Assembly (NCBI GenBank): GCA_963846575.1
Contig: CAWJWJ010000002.1
Location: 800,001-864,000, forward strand
Source of the DNA: an uncultured Nitrospiraceae bacterium
GTDB taxonomy: Bacteria > Nitrospirota > Nitrospiria > Nitrospirales > Nitrospiraceae
Length of the DNA: 64,000 bases
Direction of reading: 5' to 3'
This document shows, piece by piece, positions 8,976-18,599 of the stretch. The notes beneath the pieces are model-generated. The model saw only the letters and a list, made by a program, of their open reading frames with translations, was not told the origin of the DNA and did not search any database. The translations under genes and the position numbers were made by a program. Position 1 is the first letter of the stretch; the number at the start of each line of letters is the position of its first letter.

Positions 8976-9218
8976 ATGGATCCTCTTGAGAAAACTTCCC
9001 ACGCCTGCCGTGCTGCGGCGCTGTCTATCGTGCCGGGATTCGGACATCTCTACATAGGCGAGAAGCGCGGCGGGCCGTTTCTCCTCGCAGGGATCCTGCT
9101 TTTGCTCCTCTGGCTGTATGTCTTTTCTGCTGCTCTCGTACCATTGATCGGGCTCGTGCTGTTTTGTATGCTTGATGCGTATCTCACCGTCAGCCGGAAT
9201 CGCGGCCTTTTACAATAA
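8976..9218 (+). CDS. Small membrane protein
   Basis: LSIVPGFGHLYIG motif followed by hydrophobic helices. Confidence 0.65.
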   Translation: MDPLEKTSHACRAAALSIVPGFGHLYIGEKRGGPFLLAGILLLLLWLYVFSAALVPLIGLVLFCMLDAYLTVSRNRGLLQ

Positions 9219-9258
9219 ACAGACCCACTGCCTTACGGGGAGAATATCGGACAGGACC

Positions 9259-10125
9259 ATGACAGAACTGCTTCGTCTCGGAGGGCACGGCCTCATTCCC
9301 GTGCTTCTGTTCTGCTGGATGATGGTGATTCCCGGAGAAGCTATCGGGAAGGTTTCCGGCATCCTGACGGTGAAGGATGTCCTGACCCTGCCGAATCGGA
9401 CGGCTCGAATCGAGGCGCACCTTTCCGGTAAGACATCGGCAGGAGACCCGGCCTGGGGCGGAGTCCCACTGGAATTGCGCATCGACGGCAGGACGGTCGA
9501 GACCGTAAAAACCAATGCAGCGGGCCTGGCCTCTTTCGACTATACGCCGAAGATGCGAGGCATCTATGTCATCACCGTCGCGGTGGATGCGACGGCGGCG
9601 GTCGCCGCAGAGAAGACCGAGGCGACGTTGTGTGTGTGGGAACGTCGCCGACCCATTCTGCTGGTCGAGGTGGAAGCAGTGATGCAACCCACTGTGTCTG
9701 CTTCGACCCCCTCTTCAGGTACGACGGTGGAGCCTGACCCATCGGTACGGCCGATGCCTGACGCGGTCGAACAACTGTCGCTTCTGACTCAGTATTACTA
9801 CAACGTGGTCTATGTGCCGACCGGCGAGCGGTCGTCCTCGGATGAGGCGTCTGCTGCACATGTCCGGCGCTGGCTGGAATCGCACAAGTTTCCCAGAGGC
9901 CTGGTAGTCATCCCGCCTGCAGGCGGCCTCAGCGCTACGATCGAGGCGTTTGCGGCGGATGGCTGGACAACGATGAAAGAAGGGATTGGACGCACTCGAT
10001 TTTTTGCGGAAACACTGCTCCATCACCGGATGGAGGTCGTGGTCGTAACGGAATCGCCTAAAGGCGAGTTGCCGCGGAAAGCGAAGCGGGCGAAGGAGTG
10101 GGCAGAGGTGAGAAAAAAGTTATAA
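9259..10125 (+). CDS. Exported Ig-like domain protein with possible degenerate HAD-like C-terminal domain
   Basis: Signal peptide; KTNAAGLASF...GIYVITV Ig-like repeat; ILLVEVE...VVYV...VRRWLESHKFPRG. Confidence 0.6.
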   Translation: MTELLRLGGHGLIPVLLFCWMMVIPGEAIGKVSGILTVKDVLTLPNRTARIEAHLSGKTSAGDPAWGGVPLELRIDGRTVETVKTNAAGLASFDYTPKMRGIYVITVAVDATAAVAAEKTEATLCVWERRRPILLVEVEAVMQPTVSASTPSSGTTVEPDPSVRPMPDAVEQLSLLTQYYYNVVYVPTGERSSSDEASAAHVRRWLESHKFPRGLVVIPPAGGLSATIEAFAADGWTTMKEGIGRTRFFAETLLHHRMEVVVVTESPKGELPRKAKRAKEWAEVRKKL

Positions 10126-10237
10126 AGGGCGCGGCGTCTGGGGCAGGCCCTCGTCGCTAACCTCCGGGGCATGGAAGGGGCTATTGGGAGATGCGGAGAT
10201 CGTGACCGTCCGGCCGCCCCGTCCTCGAAAGGCACGG

Positions 10238-10261
10238 GGAGAGAGACCGGAGAGAGACCGG
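10238..10261 (+). repeat. Short tandem duplication in the fabI upstream region
   Basis: GGAGAGAGACC x2 followed by GG. Confidence 0.6.
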
Positions 10262-10398
10262 AACCCGATAGGGCACGCGGCGCCAGATGTTGACCCGGCG
10301 TCGGGAGTTCATGACGCACGACGATTCACTCCCGAGGCAAATCATGTTATGTTCAGCGCCCGAAGGGGCCTTATCTCATTGAAGGAGTCACAGCGGGT

Positions 10399-11178
10399 AT
10401 GTTGTTAGAAGGCAAGAAGGGGCTGATCATCGGTGTCGCCAATAAGCACAGCATTGCCTGGGCAATCGCGCAGGCTGCGGCGCGTGAGGGCGCACAGCTT
10501 TTATTTAGTTACCAGAACGAACGGTTACGTGAGAACGTCGAAGAATTGGTCGCGACCCTGCCGGGCGCCTCGGCCTGTGTCTGCGATGTCGGCGATGACG
10601 GTCAGATCGACGCAATGATGCAGCAGGCCGCTCAGAAGTTAGGACGGTTGGATTTTCTCGTGCATTCCCTGGCGTTTGCTCCCCGGGAAGAGCTGACCGG
10701 AGAGTTTCTGAATACCACACGCCGGGGTTTCGCGACGGCGCTTGATGTCAGTGCCTATTCACTGGTGGCCGTGACACGGGCGGCGGTGCCGCTGATGACG
10801 GAAGGTGGATCGGTGGTGACGCTGACCTATCTCGGTAGCGAGCGGGTCGTGCCGCACTACAATGTGATGGGTGTGGCCAAAGCGGCGCTCGAGGCGACGG
10901 TTCGTTATCTGGCCCATGATCTGGGTCCGAAGAATATCCGGGTGAATGCCGTTTCGGCCGGCCCGATCAAGACCTTGGCGGCGCGCGGCGTGTCAGGGAT
11001 TAGCAAGATGGTCGACCACCATCGCGCATTTGCTCCACTCCGGCGAGCGACGGAGCAGGGCGAAGTCGGTGACACGGCGCTATTCCTGGTGAGCCCGTTG
11101 GGTCGTGGCATTACCGGAGAGGTGATCTACGTCGATGGGGGGTACCACATCCTTGGGTCGCTGGCGTCCGTCGAGTAG
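10399..11178 (+). CDS. fabI: Enoyl-ACP reductase (NADH)
   Basis: GVANKHSIAWAIA, YNVMGVAKAALEA, AGPIKTLAA; GAAGGAG RBS. Confidence 0.97.
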   Translation: MLLEGKKGLIIGVANKHSIAWAIAQAAAREGAQLLFSYQNERLRENVEELVATLPGASACVCDVGDDGQIDAMMQQAAQKLGRLDFLVHSLAFAPREELTGEFLNTTRRGFATALDVSAYSLVAVTRAAVPLMTEGGSVVTLTYLGSERVVPHYNVMGVAKAALEATVRYLAHDLGPKNIRVNAVSAGPIKTLAARGVSGISKMVDHHRAFAPLRRATEQGEVGDTALFLVSPLGRGITGEVIYVDGGYHILGSLASVE

Positions 11179-11272
11179 GACGCCCAGAGCGCTCTTGGCC
11201 GGCTCCGTCCCGATTCTGTGCCCCGGTCGAATCCATGCCAACCGCTGGTGTAAACCGGCATGGCTGTCTCCC

Positions 11273-12151
11273 TTGCGTTCCACCACACTCATCCTCCTCG
11301 GAACCCTCCTTTGTGCAGGTGCGGGATCAGGTTATGCTGCAGCACTCTCAGATCGGGAAGAGGAGGGTTTGGCAGGGCCCGTTCAGTCGGTTGAAACCAA
11401 GGAAAGCCTAATGGTACAGACGGATCGGTTCGACGCCGGGGGCCGCCTCATCGAGCGTATCCAGGATGGACGGGAGACCTCCCAGGGACTGTGGCCGTTA
11501 CACTTCGTTTACAAGTACGACCAGGCGGGTAGAAGGAGTGCTGAGGTGGTACGTGATGGCCGCGGCAGGCTCGTGAAAGAAACGCGGGTCGCCTATGATG
11601 ATCATGGCAATCGATCGGCAGAGGTCGCCACTTGGAGTGATGGGACCTTCGAGAATGCATCGCTGTACGACTATGACCAGGGGCACCGCCGAACGCGAGG
11701 TCTGCACTACAATGCGGAACGGGTCATCAATCGGAATCTCTTTATCTTCGACGTCGAGGGACGTCTAACGCGAGAGCGGTTTGAACGTAACTATCGATAC
11801 GACGTCAATGGGGGGCAGGTGCTCAGGTCCGATTGGTTCGATCTGGGATATGAAGTCACGATCCAGTATGACAACCGTGGTCGAATCCGAGAAAAGAGAG
11901 TGGTCGATCTCAGGGGAGTGACACAGGGTCGTTCGGTGTTTCGTTATGACGAGCATGGCAACCAGAATGAGGAGCGCATCTTTACCGCCGATGGCCGGCC
12001 GACAGCCCGGAAAATCTATCGCTACGAATACGATGCCGTCGGGAACTGGATCACTGAAGCGCTCCAGTGGTGGGAGGTCCATGACCGACGTGAAACACTC
12101 AAGCAGTTCCACATCCGCGAGCGCAGCATCTCCTATTACCCGCTCCCTTGA
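11273..12151 (+). CDS. Exported YD-repeat protein
   Basis: GLAGPVQSV N-terminal motif, repeated YDxxG units, YEYDAVGNWI...RSISYY end; start uncertain. Confidence 0.75.
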   Translation: MRSTTLILLGTLLCAGAGSGYAAALSDREEEGLAGPVQSVETKESLMVQTDRFDAGGRLIERIQDGRETSQGLWPLHFVYKYDQAGRRSAEVVRDGRGRLVKETRVAYDDHGNRSAEVATWSDGTFENASLYDYDQGHRRTRGLHYNAERVINRNLFIFDVEGRLTRERFERNYRYDVNGGQVLRSDWFDLGYEVTIQYDNRGRIREKRVVDLRGVTQGRSVFRYDEHGNQNEERIFTADGRPTARKIYRYEYDAVGNWITEALQWWEVHDRRETLKQFHIRERSISYYPLP

Positions 12152-12351
12152 TGGCGAGGCTCTGATTTAGAGAATCCGTGGTGGTGGCTTGCCACGATGC
12201 GGGAAAAGTCAAGAGACCTCTTGCATTAGCATCTCCCCTCCCGTACCACTGAGAAATCAGGCCCCGTTAGTTCACGTCCTACGTATTACTGGTCAGGGTT
12301 GAAACCGTCGCGCACACTGAGGCGTCCGATGTAGACCCCGACGGGAGATTC

Positions 12352-13902
12352 ATGGCTCTATCCGAGCGGTTGATCGAGTGGTGTCGGGCGGGATGGCTGG
12401 CAACGATTATGTTAGGAACTTGTGTGATCCCAACCATCAGCCTTGCCCAAGATGTAGGTTCTGAGGGGACCGATGGAAATCCGGGCGCGGTGCAGGGACC
12501 GGACGTCTACGATCCCGTCGGCGCACAGCATTCTCCAGCGCAGCGGGCCGGGACGGCTGACTCGTCAGCTTCCGCGGTGCCTCCATTCGAGTTGGCCTGG
12601 GAAAGGAGACCGGGCAGGAGCTATTTGATCCCCGCGCTTGAGATTCCAGTCTATCTATTTTTGTTGAATCTCTATGATCGTCATTTCACGGAACCGAGGG
12701 AGGAGTATCGCACGACCTGGAATACCTTCCTGAGTCGTTGGACGGATTCGAAGTGGGTGCTCGACAATGATCAATTTTCGGTGAACCAGTTCCTGCATCC
12801 GTATGGCGGCACGGTCTACTACGGCTTGGCCCGATCGGCAGGCCTCAATTTCTGGGAATCATGGCTCTACGCAGGCGCAGGCAGCTTCCTCTGGGAACTG
12901 GGAGGGGAGAAAACACTGCCTTCCATCAACGACCAGATTACGACCACCTTCGGCGGAACGTTTCTCGGAGAACCGCTCTTCCGCATGGCCAATCTCCTGT
13001 TGGAAACGGACGACGAGGGCAAGCCGGGGTTCTGGCGGGAACTGGGCGCGGCGGTCATCTCCCCGCCGACGGGCTTCAACCGCCTGGTGTTCGACAGTCG
13101 GTTTGATGAAGTCTACCCGAGCCACAAACCGGCTACATTCATGCGTCTGCAGGTCGGCGGGACGCTGACGTCGAGTAGTCAAAATGTGTCTTCCAGCGTC
13201 AGAGAACGTGGGGCGGTCGGAGACGTCACGCTCGCCTATGGACTGCCAGGGAAACCCGGGTACCGCTATGCACGACCATTTGATTATTTTGACTTTCATC
13301 TCACCGCCGTGACCGCAAACACGTTGGAGAGCATCGACACCCGCGGGCTTCTGATCGGGTCAACCTATGCGCCGAATGATACCACGCGTGGAATCTGGGG
13401 GCTGTACGGGAGCTACGATTACATTTCGCCCCAGGTCTTTCGGGTATCTACTACCGCGCTGTCACTTGGAACCACCTGGCAGACGTGGCTGTCGCAGGAT
13501 GTGGCGCTTCAGGGCACCGCTCTCGGTGGCGCTGGGTATGGCGCCGCGGGCAGCATTCAACGCTCGGGAGACCGGGATTATCATTACGGCGCCAGCCCGC
13601 AGGCGCTGCTGGCCCTCCGGTTGATCATGGGAGACAGAGCAATGCTCGACTTCACCGGACGGGAGTATTACGTGACCGGGATTCTCTCGCCTGAACCGCA
13701 AGGCAGGGAGAATATCATACGCGGTGACGCCTCGTTTACGCTGCGTGTGTTCGATCGGCATGGCGTCGCCCTTCGGTATGTCGTCTCACACCGGGATGCA
13801 AGTTATCCCAACATCGAGTTTCGGAATCAGACGGTCGGAGCGGTGAGTTTGATGTATGTGTTGCTTGGAGAGAGCGGCTTCGGCGCGGTGGAGTGGCGTT
13901 GA
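12352..13902 (+). CDS. DUF3943-type outer-membrane protein
   Basis: Signal peptide; DNDQFSVNQFLHPYGG...GLARSAGLNFWES...PSINDQITT; beta-strand-rich C-terminus. Confidence 0.75.
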   Translation: MALSERLIEWCRAGWLATIMLGTCVIPTISLAQDVGSEGTDGNPGAVQGPDVYDPVGAQHSPAQRAGTADSSASAVPPFELAWERRPGRSYLIPALEIPVYLFLLNLYDRHFTEPREEYRTTWNTFLSRWTDSKWVLDNDQFSVNQFLHPYGGTVYYGLARSAGLNFWESWLYAGAGSFLWELGGEKTLPSINDQITTTFGGTFLGEPLFRMANLLLETDDEGKPGFWRELGAAVISPPTGFNRLVFDSRFDEVYPSHKPATFMRLQVGGTLTSSSQNVSSSVRERGAVGDVTLAYGLPGKPGYRYARPFDYFDFHLTAVTANTLESIDTRGLLIGSTYAPNDTTRGIWGLYGSYDYISPQVFRVSTTALSLGTTWQTWLSQDVALQGTALGGAGYGAAGSIQRSGDRDYHYGASPQALLALRLIMGDRAMLDFTGREYYVTGILSPEPQGRENIIRGDASFTLRVFDRHGVALRYVVSHRDASYPNIEFRNQTVGAVSLMYVLLGESGFGAVEWR

Positions 13903-14009
13903 GGATTCGAACGTCGAGATCGGCATTGGCTCAAGGTGGAGCGGGGCATGCCAGGCACGGTATGGGAGTTCTCATCCCGTCGGGCTGGGCAATCATCCGC
14001 TGAGACGAT

Positions 14010-14294
14010 TCATGATCGCGGGCCGGCCCAGATGAGATAGGGAGGTCGCTTGATCGACTCGGCAATGCGTGGATAGAGCCGGAGCGCATAATTATAGGCG
14101 TGTTCTTGCGCGCTCATGCAGGTGGAGGCCAGAAGTTGGTCCGACAGGACCCGGAAGGCTGCCTGATCGTCGGCTTGAATGACGGCGCTATACAGGGCGC
14201 ATGAAAAGTCTCCCTCTTTTAAACATTGAGTGCTGATCACCAAGTGCGTTCCGTCAGCAAAGGTCATGAGCGGATCTAGATTGTTGCGACTCAT
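14010..14294 (-). CDS. Hypothetical protein
   Basis: AAGGGGAG RBS before MSRNN; globular composition. Confidence 0.65.
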   Translation of the reverse strand: MSRNNLDPLMTFADGTHLVISTQCLKEGDFSCALYSAVIQADDQAAFRVLSDQLLASTCMSAQEHAYNYALRLYPRIAESIKRPPYLIWAGPRS

Positions 14295-14596
14295 CGACTC
14301 CCCTTTCGTGGCCAACCCACCGTTTTAAACTACAAAAACCGGGTAATGACCGGCAGAGCCCGTCTACACAGCTCCGGCGGATTGCTTCTCTATTGAACCC
14401 GGCCATGCCGCGGCTGTAGCAGCCGTGACCCATCATAATCCTAAACGCTGGGAAGTGGGCGGATATTGTCGTTGTGCTCCGGATCCTCAATGACGGTTGG
14501 GCTTGGGATGATCGCTGCCGCTCCGTTTAGGGTTGTTTGACCGGAGCCCTGCCAGGTCGATGAAGAGCGGCGTGGGGCCGGCGGAGGGGTGGGAGT

Positions 14597-15496
14597 TCAC
14601 TCGTGTAAGGGTGCACATCGAAACTGGACGGCACCGTGGAGCCGTCCGACTAGGCGTCCGACCCTCCACGCGAGCAAGGCGCGAGTCTCCTGACTCTTCA
14701 GCAAAACCGGTGAGCGCTTCAATATGTGGACCCACAGGTTCACGTAGGCGCGCCACCGCCACAGATCGCGCTGGGGCATTCCGCGGGCTTTGTGAGCCAC
14801 CAGCACTTCCCACCGGGACCAGTTCCGGGATTGTGCATAGATCCCCCGCAAGGTGGACCGTAACCGGATATGCAGCAACGCGTCGGCACAATAGTGGAGC
14901 TTCACGCCTGCTCGATGAAGACGCCAACAATACTCCGTGTCGAACAGGTAGGGAATACCTTCATCAAAGCCGCCGATCGCATGGTGGATCGCTCGACGGA
15001 TCCCGAAATTGCCGCTTCCGGCATGCGGGAAATGGGGCGGATAAAAACTCGTTTGCAGGCCCTCCTGCTGAGGATGCTGTCCAAACGTGGCCTCCAACCA
15101 GGCCGGATTGAGTTTTCGCGTGTCGATGCGGCCAGCGACCGCCTCATGCTCCAGGAGCGCCTCGCCCATGGCCTGTACCCAGCCCGAGGCCACCTCGTCG
15201 TCGGCATCGCACAGGGCAACCGCGTCCGAGCGAGCCTCAGCCATGCCCCTGTTGAGCGCGTAAGCCTGAGACTTGCGAGCCGGAGCCGTGATGACGCGGA
15301 GCTGGGGCAGTTTCTCCCGGTAGCTCAAAACGACGTCCGTCAACGCGTCGGTGGAGCAGTTGTCGACCAGGACGATTTCCCAGGGGTACCGCCAGGTCTG
15401 ACGGGTGAGTGCATCAAGTTGGGCGCCTAGCACTGCCGCCGCGTTATGACAGGGAATGATGATGCTGAGTTGTGGGGCACGGCTACCGGGAGTCAT
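14597..15496 (-). CDS. Glycosyltransferase family 2
   Basis: SIIIPCHN, VDNCSTD, ALNRG, CDADD, GGFDE. Confidence 0.92.
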   Translation of the reverse strand: MTPGSRAPQLSIIIPCHNAAAVLGAQLDALTRQTWRYPWEIVLVDNCSTDALTDVVLSYREKLPQLRVITAPARKSQAYALNRGMAEARSDAVALCDADDEVASGWVQAMGEALLEHEAVAGRIDTRKLNPAWLEATFGQHPQQEGLQTSFYPPHFPHAGSGNFGIRRAIHHAIGGFDEGIPYLFDTEYCWRLHRAGVKLHYCADALLHIRLRSTLRGIYAQSRNWSRWEVLVAHKARGMPQRDLWRWRAYVNLWVHILKRSPVLLKSQETRALLAWRVGRLVGRLHGAVQFRCAPLHE

Positions 15497-15741
15497 GATC
15501 TATTCTTAGGCTAATCGAACCACGGGCCGAATTACCTGGATCGATTAGGTCAATCTCGCTCGACCGTCATTTTAAACAGACTGACACTCATTACAAGCTG
15601 GGAGCTCCCCTAGTGCGAAGACGAAGTGGCGGCGGGCAGTCGGGAGCTCATCTGCCCCATGCCACCCGTGACAAATCTGAACCTATCGAATGTGTGCCAG
15701 ATTGATGAGTGGAATGTAATCAGGCGAACGACGGTAGCGTA

Positions 15742-16839
15742 TCAGGGCGTCAGCGGACCGGTGACTGGTGTCCTGTTTTCTTTTTCATCCGCCGCGGCCA
15801 TGCCTTCTTGTGGAAGAATCCGGAAGTGCGTCACGGCAAAAGAGACGGATTGTCCAACGGTAAAGCGGTAACGGCGGAATTCTTCCTTATTCATGCGCGA
15901 CCGGAGGATCAACCCGTCGGGAGTTTCGATTTCGAGCCGGTAGGCGACGCCGAGGAAGTAAATGTGTCGCAATTTAGCCTGTTGCCGGTACCGGGTCGGG
16001 TCTTCCGCCACCTTGAGATAGTACGGACGAAATCCTACCTGCAGCTTCAGACCATCGGCAAATCCGGGCGCCGGAAACTCGAGCGAGCCGACTTGGACCT
16101 GTTCGCGCTGCACGACTCCTTCGACGATATTCATGGACCCGATGAACCGGGCCACAAACTCCGTGGCGGGCTCTTCATAGACGTCCGCGGGAGATCCGGC
16201 CTGTTCCAGCTTTCCCTTGGAGAACACAATGATGCGACCGGAGACTTCCATCGCTTCTTCCTGATCGTGGGTCACGAACAAGCTGGTGACATTCAAGTCC
16301 GTATGCAGGCGGATCAGCCACTCGCGCAGTTCCTGTCGCACCTTGGCGTCGACAGCCCCGAAAGGCTCATCCATCAATAGGACGGCAGGGCGAGGCGCGA
16401 GTGCCCGGGCAATGGCTACGCGCTGCCGCTGCCCGCCGGACAATTGGTGGGGGTAGCGACTGCCTAATCCTTCCAGACTCATGAGCGTAAGCAATTCCAG
16501 GACGCGCTGTTCGCAGTCCCGTCGATTCCATTTTTTGATCTTGAGTCCGAACGCAATGTTATCGAACACCGTCAGATGTTTGAACAGCGCGTAATGCTGA
16601 AAAACGAAGCCGATATTGCGCTCCTGCACGGTCAGGTCATTCACCCGCTTGCCGTCGATAAAAATGTCCCCGGCGGTCGGGACTTCCAATCCGGCTATCA
16701 GCCGCAGGACGGTCGTTTTCCCGCTCCCGCTTGGCCCCAACAGGCCGAGTAGTTCTCCTTCGTGCACCACGAACGAGACGTCCCCCACTGCCGTTCCGGC
16801 ACCGAACTTCTTGGTGAGCCCCCGCACTTCGATTTTCAC
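15742..16839 (-). CDS. cysA: Sulfate/thiosulfate ABC transporter ATP-binding protein
   Basis: GPSGSGKT, FQHYALF, LSGGQRQR, DEPFGA, VTHDQEEA; in operon with cysTW/sbp. Confidence 0.93.
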   Translation of the reverse strand: MKIEVRGLTKKFGAGTAVGDVSFVVHEGELLGLLGPSGSGKTTVLRLIAGLEVPTAGDIFIDGKRVNDLTVQERNIGFVFQHYALFKHLTVFDNIAFGLKIKKWNRRDCEQRVLELLTLMSLEGLGSRYPHQLSGGQRQRVAIARALAPRPAVLLMDEPFGAVDAKVRQELREWLIRLHTDLNVTSLFVTHDQEEAMEVSGRIIVFSKGKLEQAGSPADVYEEPATEFVARFIGSMNIVEGVVQREQVQVGSLEFPAPGFADGLKLQVGFRPYYLKVAEDPTRYRQQAKLRHIYFLGVAYRLEIETPDGLILRSRMNKEEFRRYRFTVGQSVSFAVTHFRILPQEGMAAADEKENRTPVTGPLTP

Positions 16840-16843
16840 TGGA

Positions 16844-17659
16844 TTACTGTGCCCCCGCTTTTGCCACGGTCGTTTCTGCCCGGGCCTTGGCAATCTCCAG
16901 AATCGTTAAGATCGCGAAGGAGACCGCGAGTAGTGTCAGCGCGACAGCATTCGCCGCGACGTAATTGAAGTCGACATAACTTTGATAGATGTGCAAGGTG
17001 GCCGTTTGCGTGAGCAGAAGAATATTGCCGGAGACCACCAGCACCGCCCCGAATTCCCCGATTGCGCGCGCCACCGTGAGGGTCGCTCCATAGACGAGGC
17101 CCCAGCGGAGCGCGGGCAGCGTGACCTTTAGAAAGACCTGCCACTCGCCGGCCCCCAGAGTTCTGGCCGCTTCCTCTTCTTCGTTGCCCAACGTTTGGAG
17201 CAGGGGAGTGAGCTCCCGCACCATGAAGGGAAAGGTCACGAAAAGGGTGGCGAGGATCATGGCCGGCAAGGCAAAGAGCACTTTGATCTGCACCTCGCCG
17301 AAGAAGGTGCCCAGTAACGTGTCCGGGCCGAACAGCAAGATCAGCATGAATCCCGCGATGACGGGAGAGACGGCAAAAGGCAGATCGATAACACCACTGA
17401 CCAGGGTGCGGCCCCAGAACTGCTGGCGTGCCAGCACCAATGCCGTCATGGTGCCGAAGAGGAGGTTCAGCACCAGGACGATCAGGGTGATTTCAGCCGT
17501 GAGTAAAAATCCGTGCAGCGCCTCCGGCCTTAAGATCTCGGTCCAAAACGCGGTCAGCCCTTCGCTGAAGCTTTGCCGGGCCATGTAAAAAATGGGACCG
17601 ATCAGCAGAACGGAAAAATAGAACCAGACGATACCGATCAGGACCCGGCGCATACCCAT
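16844..17659 (-). CDS. cysW: Sulfate ABC transporter permease CysW
   Basis: DLPFAVSPVIAG, EEEAARTLGA, ARAIGEFGAVLVVSGN. Confidence 0.92.
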   Translation of the reverse strand: MGMRRVLIGIVWFYFSVLLIGPIFYMARQSFSEGLTAFWTEILRPEALHGFLLTAEITLIVLVLNLLFGTMTALVLARQQFWGRTLVSGVIDLPFAVSPVIAGFMLILLFGPDTLLGTFFGEVQIKVLFALPAMILATLFVTFPFMVRELTPLLQTLGNEEEEAARTLGAGEWQVFLKVTLPALRWGLVYGATLTVARAIGEFGAVLVVSGNILLLTQTATLHIYQSYVDFNYVAANAVALTLLAVSFAILTILEIAKARAETTVAKAGAQ

Positions 17660-17704
17660 ACTCCAATCGCCACTGTCACAAATCTCACAGGTCACTCCAA
17701 CGTC

Positions 17705-18586
17705 TTAGATTGCCGCGGTCGGTAGGGTTGCCTCAGCTCGACGGCTACCTCGAGTCCCGTTCCACCGAAGCCATCGTGGCACTCGTTCACCCGGCCGGCG
17801 GGTCAACCGCTCTAAAAGAAGCAGGACGAGGAAGGAGATGAGCAAAATCAGCACCGAGACGGACGTGGCGGCTTGGGGGTTATAACTTTCGATCTCTCCA
17901 TAGACATAGACCGACGCGACCTGCGTCTTCATCGGGATATTGCCCGCCACAATCACGATCGACCCGAACTCGCCAAGCGCGCGTACGAAAGTCAGGAATA
18001 TGCCCGTAAGCAGTCCGGGCAGGACCGAAGGAACGGTGACTTTCCAAAAGGTCAGCCAAGGGCTGGCACCCAGGGTGAAAGCCGCCTCTTCCTGATCCCG
18101 TTCCAGCCCCATCAAGACCGGCTGTAAAGAACGGATCGTAAAGGGCATCGTGACAAACAGCATAGCCAGGATGATGCCTGGCTGGTTGTACAGCACTGTC
18201 ATGCCGCCCTCCTGAAGCCAGGTGCCTAGCACGCTGGTCGGGCCATAAATGGCGGCAATCATCAGCCCGGCTACCAGGGTGGGAATCGCGAAGGGTAAAT
18301 CCACCAAGGCATTCAACAGCCAGCGTCCAGGAAATTCATACCGCACCAGCACCACAGCCGAGAGGGTACCAAAGATGGCGTTGATGGCCGTCGCAATGGC
18401 CGCGGTTTCTACGGTGAGCCAGAGGGCCGCCGCGGCCTGTGGGGCGGCCACGTCCTGAATGAAGCGGTCCAGCCCCGCCGCGATGGATTGCTGTGCCAGG
18501 GCCGCGAGCGGAACGAAGATCAGGAACAGCACATAGCCCACGGCGGTGGATCGCAGGGCCAACTGTAGGAGTTGATGAGAGGTCAC
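17705..18586 (-). CDS. cysT: Sulfate ABC transporter permease CysT/CysU
   Basis: LVRYEFPGR, DLPFAIPTLVAG, EEAAFTLGA, GEFGSIVIVAGNIPMKT. Confidence 0.92.
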   Translation of the reverse strand: MTSHQLLQLALRSTAVGYVLFLIFVPLAALAQQSIAAGLDRFIQDVAAPQAAAALWLTVETAAIATAINAIFGTLSAVVLVRYEFPGRWLLNALVDLPFAIPTLVAGLMIAAIYGPTSVLGTWLQEGGMTVLYNQPGIILAMLFVTMPFTIRSLQPVLMGLERDQEEAAFTLGASPWLTFWKVTVPSVLPGLLTGIFLTFVRALGEFGSIVIVAGNIPMKTQVASVYVYGEIESYNPQAATSVSVLILLISFLVLLLLERLTRRPGERVPRWLRWNGTRGSRRAEATLPTAAI

Positions 18587-18599
18587 GCGATCGCTTCGC

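Noticed and set aside
13889..13912. Minus-strand GTTCGAATCCTCAACGCCACTCCA resembling a tRNA 3' end or att site
   Set aside because: The T-stem 5' strand does not pair, there is no cloverleaf and no integrase nearby, and it overlaps the AVEWR-stop codons of the DUF3943 gene
15511..15665. Hairpins upstream of the GT2 gene (CTAATCGA/TCGATTAG; GTGGC..GGGCAG/CTGCCC..GCCAC)
   Set aside because: No match to a riboswitch I recognise; probably a terminator-like structure after cysA, or chance
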